From NCBI GenBank assembly GCA_964244895.1, contig CAXTKV010000052.1, positions 1 through 25,901 on the forward strand: DNA of 25,901 bases, in the 5' to 3' direction. The translations under genes and the position numbers were made by a program. Source of the DNA: an uncultured Deinococcales bacterium (GTDB taxonomy: Bacteria; Deinococcota; Deinococci; Deinococcales; JAAFIG01). Numbering within the stretch: the stretch's first letter is position 1; every line of letters starts with the position of its first letter. The notes beneath the pieces were generated by a model, which made no database searches, was not told the origin of the DNA, and saw only the letters and a program-made list of their open reading frames with translations. Shown one piece after another: positions 1-8,042 of the stretch.

Positions 1-1
1 C

Positions 2-100
2 ACGATCACGGCCACGTCCGTGGATGACCCGAGCATCAAGGGCGTCGCCGCCGTCACGGTGGTCGGGCCGCAGACCGTGCCCATCGGTTCCAGTTGTTGA
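2..100 (+). CDS. 3' end of a protein ending in an Ig-like (Big_2-type) domain; partial, starts before the window
   Basis: Frame 2 reads TITATSVDDPSIKGVAAVTVVGPQTVPIGSSC-stop (TGA 98-100). TITATS-x-DP-x5-AVTV resembles the last strands of bacterial Ig-like group 2 domains. Not in the ORF track. Confidence 0.65.
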   Translation, partial: TITATSVDDPSIKGVAAVTVVGPQTVPIGSSC

Positions 101-217
101 AACTCGAGGGCTGGATTGGTCGCCGACGGGCGCGACCGATCCAGCCGATTTCAGGAGAGGTGATAAGGGATGTGCAAATGTCTCGAGCGATTTGCCAGGA
201 TCAACGCGAGATCGAAC

Positions 218-391
218 ATGCTTTCAGACCCGCTGACCTTGTATCTGTGGTTTGAGGTCGAGCGCGGGATGCAGGCGAGCCTGCACGTCGGCTCGAGGGT
301 TCACCGCTTCACGGGCACGCGGCAACTCGTCTCTTACCTGCTCGAACTCGCTGAGGAACCCGAGAGGTTCGAGGTCTCGAGCGTGGGTTGA
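218..391 (+). CDS. small hypothetical protein (57 aa), similar in pattern to 19892-20071
   Basis: ATG 218 within track ORF 170..391; MLSDPLTLYLWFEVERGMQASLHVGSRVHRFTGTRQLVSYLLELA; beta-beta-beta-helix pattern with W and F at positions matching the second microprotein. Confidence 0.6.
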   Translation: MLSDPLTLYLWFEVERGMQASLHVGSRVHRFTGTRQLVSYLLELAEEPERFEVSSVG

Positions 392-408
392 AGAGAGCTA
401 CGCTCGAG

Positions 409-465
409 AACACCGTCTGGGACGCAATTTTTTTGATCTCGAGAAATCGCGTGCTGGACGGTGTT
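409..465. repeat. REP-like inverted repeat between convergent genes
   Basis: AACACCGTCTGGGACGC (409-425) ... GCGTGCTGGACGGTGTT (449-465); same family as 20245-20296. Confidence 0.65.
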
Positions 466-472
466 TCTTCAC

Positions 473-3400
473 TCAGGCTCGGAGTGTCGAGACGCCGTCT
501 GAAGGCATCTCGAGTAGCGCGGTCCAGTCCTCGGGCAGCGGCTCGCCGATCTCCTCGAATTGCGCACGGCTGCACTTGTAGCGTCTGTTCAGGCCAGCCT
601 CGTCGCCGACCACGCGGAGCGCCCGGAGGCTCAGGGCTAGCGCCTCGCGGTCGTAGGGGTCGCTCTCGAGTGCAATCTTCCCGAGGCGCGCGACCTCGTG
701 CGGATCAAGCTCCAGGAGTTCTGCCATGACCTCGCGTAGCGTGTCCTGCAGCGTCTCGCGCAGGCTCGAGTCCCAGCTTGCACCCACGTCCTGAAGGTAC
801 GCACTGCGCCACAGGCCGGGATCGCGCGTCTCGAGGAAGCGCTCCACGTCGGAGTCCACCGCGCCCAGCGCGTACCCGCCCGCGCCGCGCAGAATCGCGT
901 CCGGCCCGAGGCTCGTGCGCACCCGGAACACGAGTTGCCGCAGTGCACTCGCGCCCTTGTCCTCAGTCAGGTCGGGGTAGAGGGCGTCCAGAAGCTCGAG
1001 TTGCGGCACGTCGCGCCGCCCCGTGACGCGCGCCTCGAGAAGCAGCGCCAGCAACTCGCGGCCCTTGCGGGTGCGCTCGGAGATCGGCTGACCGTCAACC
1101 GTCATCGGGCCGAGCAGTTGGAGTTGTTTACGACTCGCGGCGTGATCGTTGGGCGCAGTGTTCGGCGTTGACTCGAGCGATGGGAAAAACCGGCCTGCCA
1201 GGTTACCCAGGTTCAGGTTCCCGCTGGCTCGCGCCCGACCGACGCGCGCCCGCGCCGATTCAACGTCCTGTGTGATCCGGTCAAGCTCGAGTCCGACGCG
1301 CTCCGTTTCGAGCAGGTCGAGCTTCGAGGTCGTGGCGGACTCGAGAGCTTCGAGCAGGGCGTTCACAGCCTCTGTGCGCTGATCCAGCCGCTCGAGGGCC
1401 AACCCGCGAACCCAGAGGCAAAGGGTCATAGCTCGAGCGTGATTCGCGTCGCGCGAAATCGCCTCGAGTGTCTGCGCGTGTTCGAGGGCGCGGGCGGATT
1501 GACCGTGCAGCGCCTCCGCGCAGCCCGCGACGTGCAAGGCCGATATGCGGGCCTCGAGATCGCTCAGGTCTCGAGCCTGGCGTTCCGCGTCCCGCGCGTG
1601 CTTGAGCGCGAGCGCACGCGCATACGGGGCGTCCCACTCCAAGTACAGGCTGGCGAGATCGCACGCGATCAACACGCGCTCGGGGAGCCTGTCCTCGAGG
1701 ATGACCTGCGCCTCGAGCAACAAGCTTTCGGCGCGCTTGTGTTCACCCCGACGAACCAGGAGTTCGGCCAGACCCACCTGGGCGCAGGCGTGCGTGAACG
1801 GCTTGCCGGTCAGGGCCGCGAAGCGGACGGCGGCGGTCGCGTCCTCGGTGGCGCGCTCGAGATCACCCAGACGGTGAAAGATCGAGGAGCGGTTGACCCG
1901 AATGCTGGCCATCCAGCTCGCGGCCCGAGGCGTGGACGATCCCGCCTCGGCGCGTTCGACGGCCTCGAGCGCACGCGTGTACATCCGTTCAGCCAACACG
2001 AAATCTCCGACGTTCATGGCGACGTAGGCCAGTCCGCAGAGCGCCAGTATAAGATCGTCCCCGGTCAGCCCGGCCATCTCGAACACGTCCTGAGCCATGG
2101 CCTTTGCCAGCGCGACGCGCCCGAGTTGAGCCAGGGCGGTGGCGACGTTGACCCGAACCACCAAGCTCGCCTCCTTGTGTAGCGGGGCGTGCGCGTCCCA
2201 GACATCCAGTATCTGCTGTGGATCACGAAGGATTCGCAGCTCAATCATCGTCAGCCATCGCCGGGGTTCCGGCATGACTTCGTCCGGGAGTCGTTCGATC
2301 AGGCTTCTGGCCTCACGCGCACGGTTGAGGCTCACGAGCAACCGCGCGTGCCAGATGGCAACTTCGACGTTCCTCGGTTGCGCCTGAACAGCCAGGGCTG
2401 CCAGACGTTCACCTTCAAACAGACTGAACTTGGTCATGGCGATAGACGCCTCGAGCAGTTGGCGTCCCCGGTCGGCCTCGCTCGAGTACGCCACCGTTTT
2501 TACGAGGAGTTCCGCGACCTGCCGCTCGTTTCCTGCGGTGCGGGCGGCGATGATTGCACGCTCGAGCAGCAGTCGCGCTGTCTCGGGTGAAAGCTCGGCT
2601 TCCCCTACGAACGTCGCCGCTATCGCCGGATCGTCCTCGAGCACCTCAATCGCTTTTCGCGCAATCCGACGGCGTTCATCGGGTGCGAGCATTCCACGGG
2701 CCACCTCGCGGAACAGCGGGTGAACGAACTGCCCGCCGCGAAGAAGCCCGTGATGCTCGAGGTCGCGTTGTGCGGCCCTCAGTTGCTCGAGCGACAGCCC
2801 GCCGACCGCCGCCCAGACCTCTTCCGTGGACTGCTGGCCCAGCACCGCCCTGGCCTCGAGCGCCGCGCGAGCCTCGTGCGTGCCGAGCGCCACCTCGAGC
2901 ATCTGGGCGATCACCGCCTCGACGCTGGCAGGCATCGCCTGGGCCGTGGGCACGGTCCAGTGCCAGTGTTGACCATCGCTCCAGAGGTGACCCAGACGCG
3001 TCAGGTGACGGAAGAACTCGAGCGCGTACAGCGGGTTGCCGCGCGTGTGATCGAAGATCCAGTCCAGTGCTTCGCTGGGCAGACTCGCGCCTGCCTCGCG
3101 CTCGAGCACTGTTCTCGAGGCATCCCGGTCGAGGGATTCGAGCCGCACGGACTCGAACACCTCGGGCGGTGGCGTGCGGCTGGTGACGATCAACCCGAGG
3201 CCGCGCGTGCGCTTGACGGCGCGGGCGAGCAGACCCCAAAGCGCCTGCTGTTCCGGGCTGGCCTCGTGCAAATCCTCGACGTGCAGCACGAACGGTGCGA
3301 GCGCAACGAGCCACGCACACAGCGCCGTGACCGTCTGCTCGGGCGTCGCGCCCCGCTCGAGATGCCCGAGCGCGACTTCGACCCAGGCGGACAGCCGTTC

Positions 3401-3691
3401 GGTCTGGGGTAACACACTCAACAGGGATCGGGTCCGGATCGTGGCGTGAACCGTCAGGTAGTGGCACGGGGTCTGCTGCAACAGCATTCCAACGGTGTGG
3501 GTTTTCCCAATGCCGGGTTCGCCCCACACGCACACGCTCAAGCTGGGGCGCTTGGAAACCACCGAACCGAGACGCTTGCCGATCTGAACCACGCCTAGAT
3601 CAGGCACGATTACTGCCTCCGTCGTGGCAGGTATAGCACTTCGGAGGGCGCGCTGGGGTTTGGGGGCGTGCGAGGCTGGGTTAAGGACCAT
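473..3691 (-). CDS. STAND-type AAA ATPase / TPR protein with C-terminal winged-HTH/BTAD-like transcriptional activator region
   Basis: 1072 aa; Walker A GEPGIGKT, Walker B VLHVEDLH, TRGNPLY and FVHPLFRE motifs, Ala/Leu-rich TPR-like helices; C-terminal LQLLGPMTVDG...LRQLVFRVR...DSDVERFL...DPYDREAL resembles SARP/BTAD. Confidence 0.8.
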   Translation of the reverse strand: MVLNPASHAPKPQRALRSAIPATTEAVIVPDLGVVQIGKRLGSVVSKRPSLSVCVWGEPGIGKTHTVGMLLQQTPCHYLTVHATIRTRSLLSVLPQTERLSAWVEVALGHLERGATPEQTVTALCAWLVALAPFVLHVEDLHEASPEQQALWGLLARAVKRTRGLGLIVTSRTPPPEVFESVRLESLDRDASRTVLEREAGASLPSEALDWIFDHTRGNPLYALEFFRHLTRLGHLWSDGQHWHWTVPTAQAMPASVEAVIAQMLEVALGTHEARAALEARAVLGQQSTEEVWAAVGGLSLEQLRAAQRDLEHHGLLRGGQFVHPLFREVARGMLAPDERRRIARKAIEVLEDDPAIAATFVGEAELSPETARLLLERAIIAARTAGNERQVAELLVKTVAYSSEADRGRQLLEASIAMTKFSLFEGERLAALAVQAQPRNVEVAIWHARLLVSLNRAREARSLIERLPDEVMPEPRRWLTMIELRILRDPQQILDVWDAHAPLHKEASLVVRVNVATALAQLGRVALAKAMAQDVFEMAGLTGDDLILALCGLAYVAMNVGDFVLAERMYTRALEAVERAEAGSSTPRAASWMASIRVNRSSIFHRLGDLERATEDATAAVRFAALTGKPFTHACAQVGLAELLVRRGEHKRAESLLLEAQVILEDRLPERVLIACDLASLYLEWDAPYARALALKHARDAERQARDLSDLEARISALHVAGCAEALHGQSARALEHAQTLEAISRDANHARAMTLCLWVRGLALERLDQRTEAVNALLEALESATTSKLDLLETERVGLELDRITQDVESARARVGRARASGNLNLGNLAGRFFPSLESTPNTAPNDHAASRKQLQLLGPMTVDGQPISERTRKGRELLALLLEARVTGRRDVPQLELLDALYPDLTEDKGASALRQLVFRVRTSLGPDAILRGAGGYALGAVDSDVERFLETRDPGLWRSAYLQDVGASWDSSLRETLQDTLREVMAELLELDPHEVARLGKIALESDPYDREALALSLRALRVVGDEAGLNRRYKCSRAQFEEIGEPLPEDWTALLEMPSDGVSTLRA

Positions 3692-4129
3692 CGGACCTCA
3701 TCCACCTTCGGATACGGACCTTCGTCGTGAATAGAGTCGAATGACTCGAAAACGCCTGGAGCGCGGGTGACACCCCCGCTCCATCCGCGCCCTGCGGGGC
3801 TAAGCCTCGCGCTCGAATGGGGTTGAACCTGGGGTCGTCGTAAAAGCAAGGGTCCTCGTTCGAGGCGACTGCCGGAACCCCAGGCTGATCCTGTTCCTCA
3901 CTGCTCGCGCCGACCTGGACTCGAAGCTCTGAACGGTAGCGCACTTGACTTCGCTTTCAGTCAAGCCCGTTCGCGAAACGCTCGAGGTGTCGTCGGCGCG
4001 TTCCCAACGGCCATTCGCTCAGGGAGGGTAGGCCAGCGAGGCCACAAATCAGGAAGAATCTGCGGTAGACCTGCGGTCAAAACGCAAATAACAGACTCGA
4101 GTGACCCAAAATGAGTTCGAGCCAAAAGA

Positions 4130-4156
4130 AAGAACCTCGTGCTGGACGAGGTTCTT
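4130..4156 (-). terminator. hairpin directly downstream of the displaced tRNA 3' end (probable intrinsic terminator)
   Basis: Perfect 11-bp stem AAGAACCTCGT / ACGAGGTTCTT, 5-nt loop, followed by TCTTTT on the minus strand. Confidence 0.6.
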
Positions 4157-4200
4157 GGTCGGGGTGGCCAGATTTGAACTGACGACCACTTGACCCCCAG
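4156..4200 (-). repeat. att site: 45-bp duplicate of the tRNA-Pro 3' half
   Basis: TGGTCGGGGTGGCCAGATTTGAACTGACGACCACTTGACCCCCAG is identical to 12831-12875; identity ends at the 5' edge of the anticodon loop. Confidence 0.95.
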
Positions 4201-4359
4201 GCGTGTACAACGCAACACCGCCGATCACGCCACTTAACAGTATCTGCTCGAAATACCGTGCTGGACACGCCTTTTCCGCCTGAAGTCAAAACCGAAAACG
4301 CGAGTTGTCACGAGCCATCACCGGGCCGTTCCTGACAAAAACTCCTGACATTTTAAAAC

Positions 4360-4389
4360 GTGCAAAACGGAAACGCGGCGTGTTACTAT
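4360..4389 (+). promoter_or_regulatory. candidate sigma70 promoter for the xis-rep-terS run
   Basis: GTGCAA, 18 bp, then TACTAT with a TGn extension, ~180 bp upstream of the xis-like ORF. Confidence 0.4.
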
Positions 4390-4565
4390 GTTTGGGTTGG
4401 GCACGTGGCGCTGCCCAGAATGTAAAAAAGCCGCCAGGACGCGGAATGTCCGCCTCTCGAAGCCCCGAAACTGACTGACCCTGGATGCCGGGGGGTTGAC
4501 CTCACGCGAACTCGCTCGAGTTCCCGGAGTGTCGTCCCGCCGGGGCTCGCGCATGGGGGTCGGTC

Positions 4566-4790
4566 ATGACCATGCTGCAACCAAAATCGCCATCTCGGGC
4601 CACAAGATCAACGCCGAATGCCCGCCTGAAAGACGCCAGGTGGCTTGCACAGCACCTCGACATCGGCGTCAACGCGGCGTATCGTCTCGCGTCAAGCCCC
4701 GGCTTTCCAACCGTCAGGATCGGCGGCGTCTTGCGATTCGATCCGGCGGCTGTCGAAACCTGGATCGCGGCCCAGGCGGTCGCACAATGA
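4566..4790 (+). CDS. excisionase/AlpA-like helix-turn-helix protein
   Basis: DARWLAQHLDIGVNAAYRLASSPGFPTVRIGGVLRFDPAAVETWI fits the Xis/HTH_17 pattern; first gene inside the att site. Confidence 0.8.
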   Translation: MTMLQPKSPSRATRSTPNARLKDARWLAQHLDIGVNAAYRLASSPGFPTVRIGGVLRFDPAAVETWIAAQAVAQ

Positions 4791-4868
4791 AAACGGGCGC
4801 GTCGGAAACGCGCCCCCTGACCGTCCTCGACACTGCCCACTTCGCCCTGTGCAGTGTAGCAAATCTCG

Positions 4869-5594
4869 GTGGCGTCAAGTGACCGCCGCCCGCCACATGC
4901 CAGCCTTGAGCGCCGCGCCCTCGATTACCGCGCCGATCACGGAGGTTTTCCGCCTTCGAGGATGTCAAACTCCGGGGCTGAAAAACGCCGTCGCGCAGCC
5001 CGTGCGCTTGGAGGTGGAACGGGCTGGGCGGCACGCTGGTTCATGGCGGGCGAAACCCCATCGGTGTACGTCATCCGGCTGGCCGCGCTCGGCCTCAAGG
5101 CGCTGGAAGGCCCGTCTCACCTCTGGTCGCGGCGTTCGGTGCAACGGATTAAAACGGCTGCCAACGCCGTTCTCGACGGCCCGAGCTACGTCAAGCTCGA
5201 AGTCGGTCGGGCTGGCTACGTTCACGCAATGGTTCTCAGCCATACCCGCCCTCGAGCGGCCTGTCGTGGCGGGCCAATCCGCACCGATCTTGAATGCACG
5301 CTGCGATATTTCTCAAAACCGCCCTTGCCCGCCTCGCTCGAGAGCGAAGGCGCGTACCTCGCCGCTCTTGCCAGCGCCAGACGCTCAGGCCGGACACTGC
5401 CCCGCACCTCGTGGACGTTCGAAGTCCCCAGGCCAGCGCCTTTAACAACTCGTTTGGAAAATGCCTCTTTCTCCCCGTCCTGCACGGCCTCCCCAGGCTC
5501 GACTTTTGGGGGGTTCCGTCCAGCACGGTGTTTTCGAGGGTTTTCGCATGAGTCGCTGTTCCGTCTGCGCGCACCAGGCGCGTTTGGGAATTGA
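4869..5594 (+). CDS. hypothetical protein, possible HUH-type rolling-circle replication initiator
   Basis: KLEVGRAGYVHAMVL (motif 2-like, but H-A-M rather than H-U-H) and TLRYFSKP (motif 3 YxxK); lies after xis, where satellites often carry replication genes. Confidence 0.45.
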   Translation: MASSDRRPPHASLERRALDYRADHGGFPPSRMSNSGAEKRRRAARALGGGTGWAARWFMAGETPSVYVIRLAALGLKALEGPSHLWSRRSVQRIKTAANAVLDGPSYVKLEVGRAGYVHAMVLSHTRPRAACRGGPIRTDLECTLRYFSKPPLPASLESEGAYLAALASARRSGRTLPRTSWTFEVPRPAPLTTRLENASFSPSCTASPGSTFGGFRPARCFRGFSHESLFRLRAPGAFGN

Positions 5595-5958
5595 GGCCGC
5601 TCTGGTGGCAGGAACATCCCGAAGGGCTACGGCGAGAGAATTCGGCACGACCGAGGCCGCGCTCCGGCGCCATGAAGCCCATTTGCGGCGTGCGTCGGCT
5701 CAAGCGACGCACCCAAGCGACGCAGCAACCAACGCACCCTTGCCGTCCGGGGTCGCGGCCTTGCTCCGCGCCGCATCCGCCGATCTCGTTCCGGGCCCTT
5801 TAGTGCTGCCATCGGGCCTCGTTCCGAACCCGTCGCAATACGCCCTCGGCTGGGGCGTCGAGATTTTGATCGGCGACCGCACCCAAGCTGTCGAAAAGTT
5901 GGTCGAACTCCGCGACGCTTGGAGGTCGAAGCTCGAAGCCGTGCTGCACGCCCCGTAA
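5548..5958 (+). CDS. CxxC/His zinc-binding HTH protein
   Basis: ATG 5548: MSRCSVCAHQARLGIEAALVAGTSRRATAREFGTTEAALRRHEAH; CxxC, then an HTH-like segment, then HxxH. Confidence 0.65.
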   Translation: MSRCSVCAHQARLGIEAALVAGTSRRATAREFGTTEAALRRHEAHLRRASAQATHPSDAATNAPLPSGVAALLRAASADLVPGPLVLPSGLVPNPSQYALGWGVEILIGDRTQAVEKLVELRDAWRSKLEAVLHAP

Positions 5959-6012
5959 CCTTTGGCAGCCCGCGAATCACGCGGTTCGCGGGTCGAACCC
6001 GAAAGGATGCAA

Positions 6013-6771
6013 ATGCCCGAAAATACCGTCCCAGACGATCTAAAGCAGACCCGTGAACACGTCGTCAAGCTCGAGGCCGAGGCGCGCGAACTTGAAACCC
6101 GGCAGTCCGTTGCGCTCGAGGAAAGCCATGCCGCCCGAGGTGAACGCGACCTTGGCAGAATGGTCGAAGCCCGAACCCGTGCCCTCGCGCTGGATGATCT
6201 GCTCGAGGACGCACGTGCGGCCCTGGAAGCCGCACGCTCTGACCTCGCGCGGCTCGAGCAGCAAGATGCCCGCGAACGCACCCTCACGGCCTGCTTGGAG
6301 CGTTTGCGCGACCTCAATGGGTTCCACCAGAGGCTCGAGGAACGCCGCCGCGCCATTCTCGAATTCGTCGCACCGTTCGAGGCCGCGCAGCACGAGGATT
6401 TCGCCGCTTGGCACGCTGCCCACGCCGCCGCTATCGAACTGACCCGCACGCTGACCGGCCTGTACCCTGACGACGCCCTGGGTTCTTTAATCCCCGAGAT
6501 CGAAGCGCGAGGCGCGACCCTCGATCCGTTGCGGTCGCACCCGCCGTTTTCGCCTTCGACTCTGATGACCGACGCATTCCCGTTGGACGACGGGAATGCG
6601 TCGGGGACGGTGTTCTTGAGGGCTTTCAGATCATTCTGGGCCGACAACCAAGCCCAGGAACGCGCCGCGCTCGATGCCGCGACCGCCGACACCGGACTGG
6701 CCCCAAGCCCGCGCTACCGCCCGATCTCGCAGACCGTGCCCGGTCAGAAAGTCGGTCACAATGACGCCTGA
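6013..6771 (+). CDS. hypothetical coiled-coil protein
   Basis: GAAAGGA RBS before ATG 6013; E/A/L/R-rich helical N-half; overlaps the next ORF start. Confidence 0.65.
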   Translation: MPENTVPDDLKQTREHVVKLEAEARELETRQSVALEESHAARGERDLGRMVEARTRALALDDLLEDARAALEAARSDLARLEQQDARERTLTACLERLRDLNGFHQRLEERRRAILEFVAPFEAAQHEDFAAWHAAHAAAIELTRTLTGLYPDDALGSLIPEIEARGATLDPLRSHPPFSPSTLMTDAFPLDDGNASGTVFLRAFRSFWADNQAQERAALDAATADTGLAPSPRYRPISQTVPGQKVGHNDA

Positions 6772-6994
6772 ACGCCGCGCGACCCTTGCCATCCTTCGCG
6801 TTCGAGCCCGTCTCGAAACCGACCCCGACGAACTCGCCAACCTGCTGGCCCAGATCAAGGAACTCGAGCGTGAAGCCGTCCACGACGAGTTCGACGCGCG
6901 CATGAACGAGAAAGTCGCGCCCTTCAACGCGTTCGGCGTGCCCGTGCCGGACTTGCGATCGCTGAGCATGGGCACGCCGAACCCGAAGTCATGA
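6761..6994 (+). CDS. hypothetical protein (77 aa)
   Basis: ATG 6761 overlaps the upstream gene end; ATGA coupling to the next gene at 6991-6994. Confidence 0.6.
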   Translation: MTPERRATLAILRVRARLETDPDELANLLAQIKELEREAVHDEFDARMNEKVAPFNAFGVPVPDLRSLSMGTPNPKS

Positions 6995-7455
6995 CCAGCG
7001 CCATCCCGCTCGAGACTCACCTTCGCGCCGCTCGCGTCGCCGCCCGTGCTGTAGCGCGGCAACGCGAGAAGGCCATCAAGCGCGCCTGGGCTGCCTCTGA
7101 AGCGGCCTTCGCCCAGTACGTTGACCCGGTGCTGGACAAGTACCCTGGCGAGGGTTCCGAACCTGTCACCCGCAGAGATTTTGAGGAGTACGGCCCCCTC
7201 ATGACCCCGGCGCTCGTGCCCGTCGCGGAGTGGTTTTTTCTCGAGCGTGACGCGCCTTTAGATGAGTTCCCGCCCGCACCACCCGCCGACGCGCCCGAAG
7301 TTCTCGAACGCGTGGCCGCGTCCTACGACGAACCCGATGAATCCCTGACCGCTCTCCTCCGCGCGATGGCGCGGTGGATTCGGGTCATCCAGGGAAAACC
7401 ACAACTGGAGGAAAATACTGATGAAAAGCTCCGCACGAAAACTGATCCTCTCTGA
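6991..7455 (+). CDS. hypothetical protein
   Basis: 154 aa, ATGA-coupled to the upstream ORF, overlaps the next gene. Confidence 0.6.
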   Translation: MTSAIPLETHLRAARVAARAVARQREKAIKRAWAASEAAFAQYVDPVLDKYPGEGSEPVTRRDFEEYGPLMTPALVPVAEWFFLERDAPLDEFPPAPPADAPEVLERVAASYDEPDESLTALLRAMARWIRVIQGKPQLEENTDEKLRTKTDPL

Positions 7456-7891
7456 ACGCGAACTCGAAGTCGTGAAACTCAGGAAAGCCGGGGCGACTCT
7501 GGAGCAGATCGCCGTCAAGCTCCAGTGCAGTATCAGCACGGTTCACCGCACCCTGACCCGCGCGCTCGAGTCTTATGCCCTGCGTGCATCCGAGGAGACC
7601 GCTGGACTCCGGGCGTTCCACGTTGAAATGCTGGAAGAACTCAAAGTTCCATTCTGGACAGCCGCGAAGCAGGGTGATCACATCGCGCTCGATGCCATCT
7701 TGAAGATTGAAGATCGCGTGTATCGCCTTCTCGGGCTTGAGGCTGCCCAGCGGATCGAGGTTGTAGTGCGCGAGGTTCACGCGTTCTACTCAGGCGTGAT
7801 CGCGGAAGTCCTGGCGGATGATCCGAGCGCGTGGGCGAAGGTCATCAAGGCGCTCGACACGCGCACGCCACGTTCGGGCGCCGTGAACTGA
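7421..7891 (+). CDS. HTH protein, terminase small subunit-like
   Basis: GGAGG RBS; N-terminal HTH (LRKAGATLEQIAVKLQCSISTVHRTL) followed by helices ending GDHIALDAILKIEDRVYRLLGLEA, like phage HTH/TerS-type proteins; last gene of the run. Confidence 0.6.
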   Translation: MKSSARKLILSERELEVVKLRKAGATLEQIAVKLQCSISTVHRTLTRALESYALRASEETAGLRAFHVEMLEELKVPFWTAAKQGDHIALDAILKIEDRVYRLLGLEAAQRIEVVVREVHAFYSGVIAEVLADDPSAWAKVIKALDTRTPRSGAVN

Positions 7892-7993
7892 CGCCGTGAT
7901 TCTGCGGGCCAACGGCGAGAACAGGGGGAAGGTCGGGCCGACGACGGCCACGCGTCGCGTGCTGGATTCGCTCAGGGCGGCGCTTGGGTCATG

Positions 7994-8027
7994 AAGAAAC
8001 CCCCGACGGTTTCGAGATCGTCGGGGT
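7994..8027. terminator. probable terminator between convergent island units
   Basis: Stem CCCCGACGGT (8001-8010) / ATCGTCGGGG (8017-8026); T-rich tail on the minus strand. Confidence 0.55.
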
Positions 8028-8042
8028 CGGTTCGTTCCGTGT

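Noticed and set aside
3681..3944. 87-aa ORF upstream of the left regulator
   Set aside because: No clear RBS or recognisable motif and it overlaps a probable regulatory dyad; cannot be supported, though a gene remnant is not excluded.
4156..4218. Second tRNA-Pro gene
   Set aside because: Only the 3' 45 nt are present; no D-arm or 5' acceptor strand, so it is an att duplicate.
4645..5445. Alternative 266-aa frame over the Rep-like gene
   Set aside because: It overlaps the xis-like ORF, is low-complexity and lacks motifs; the 4869 frame carries the HUH-like and YxxK motifs.
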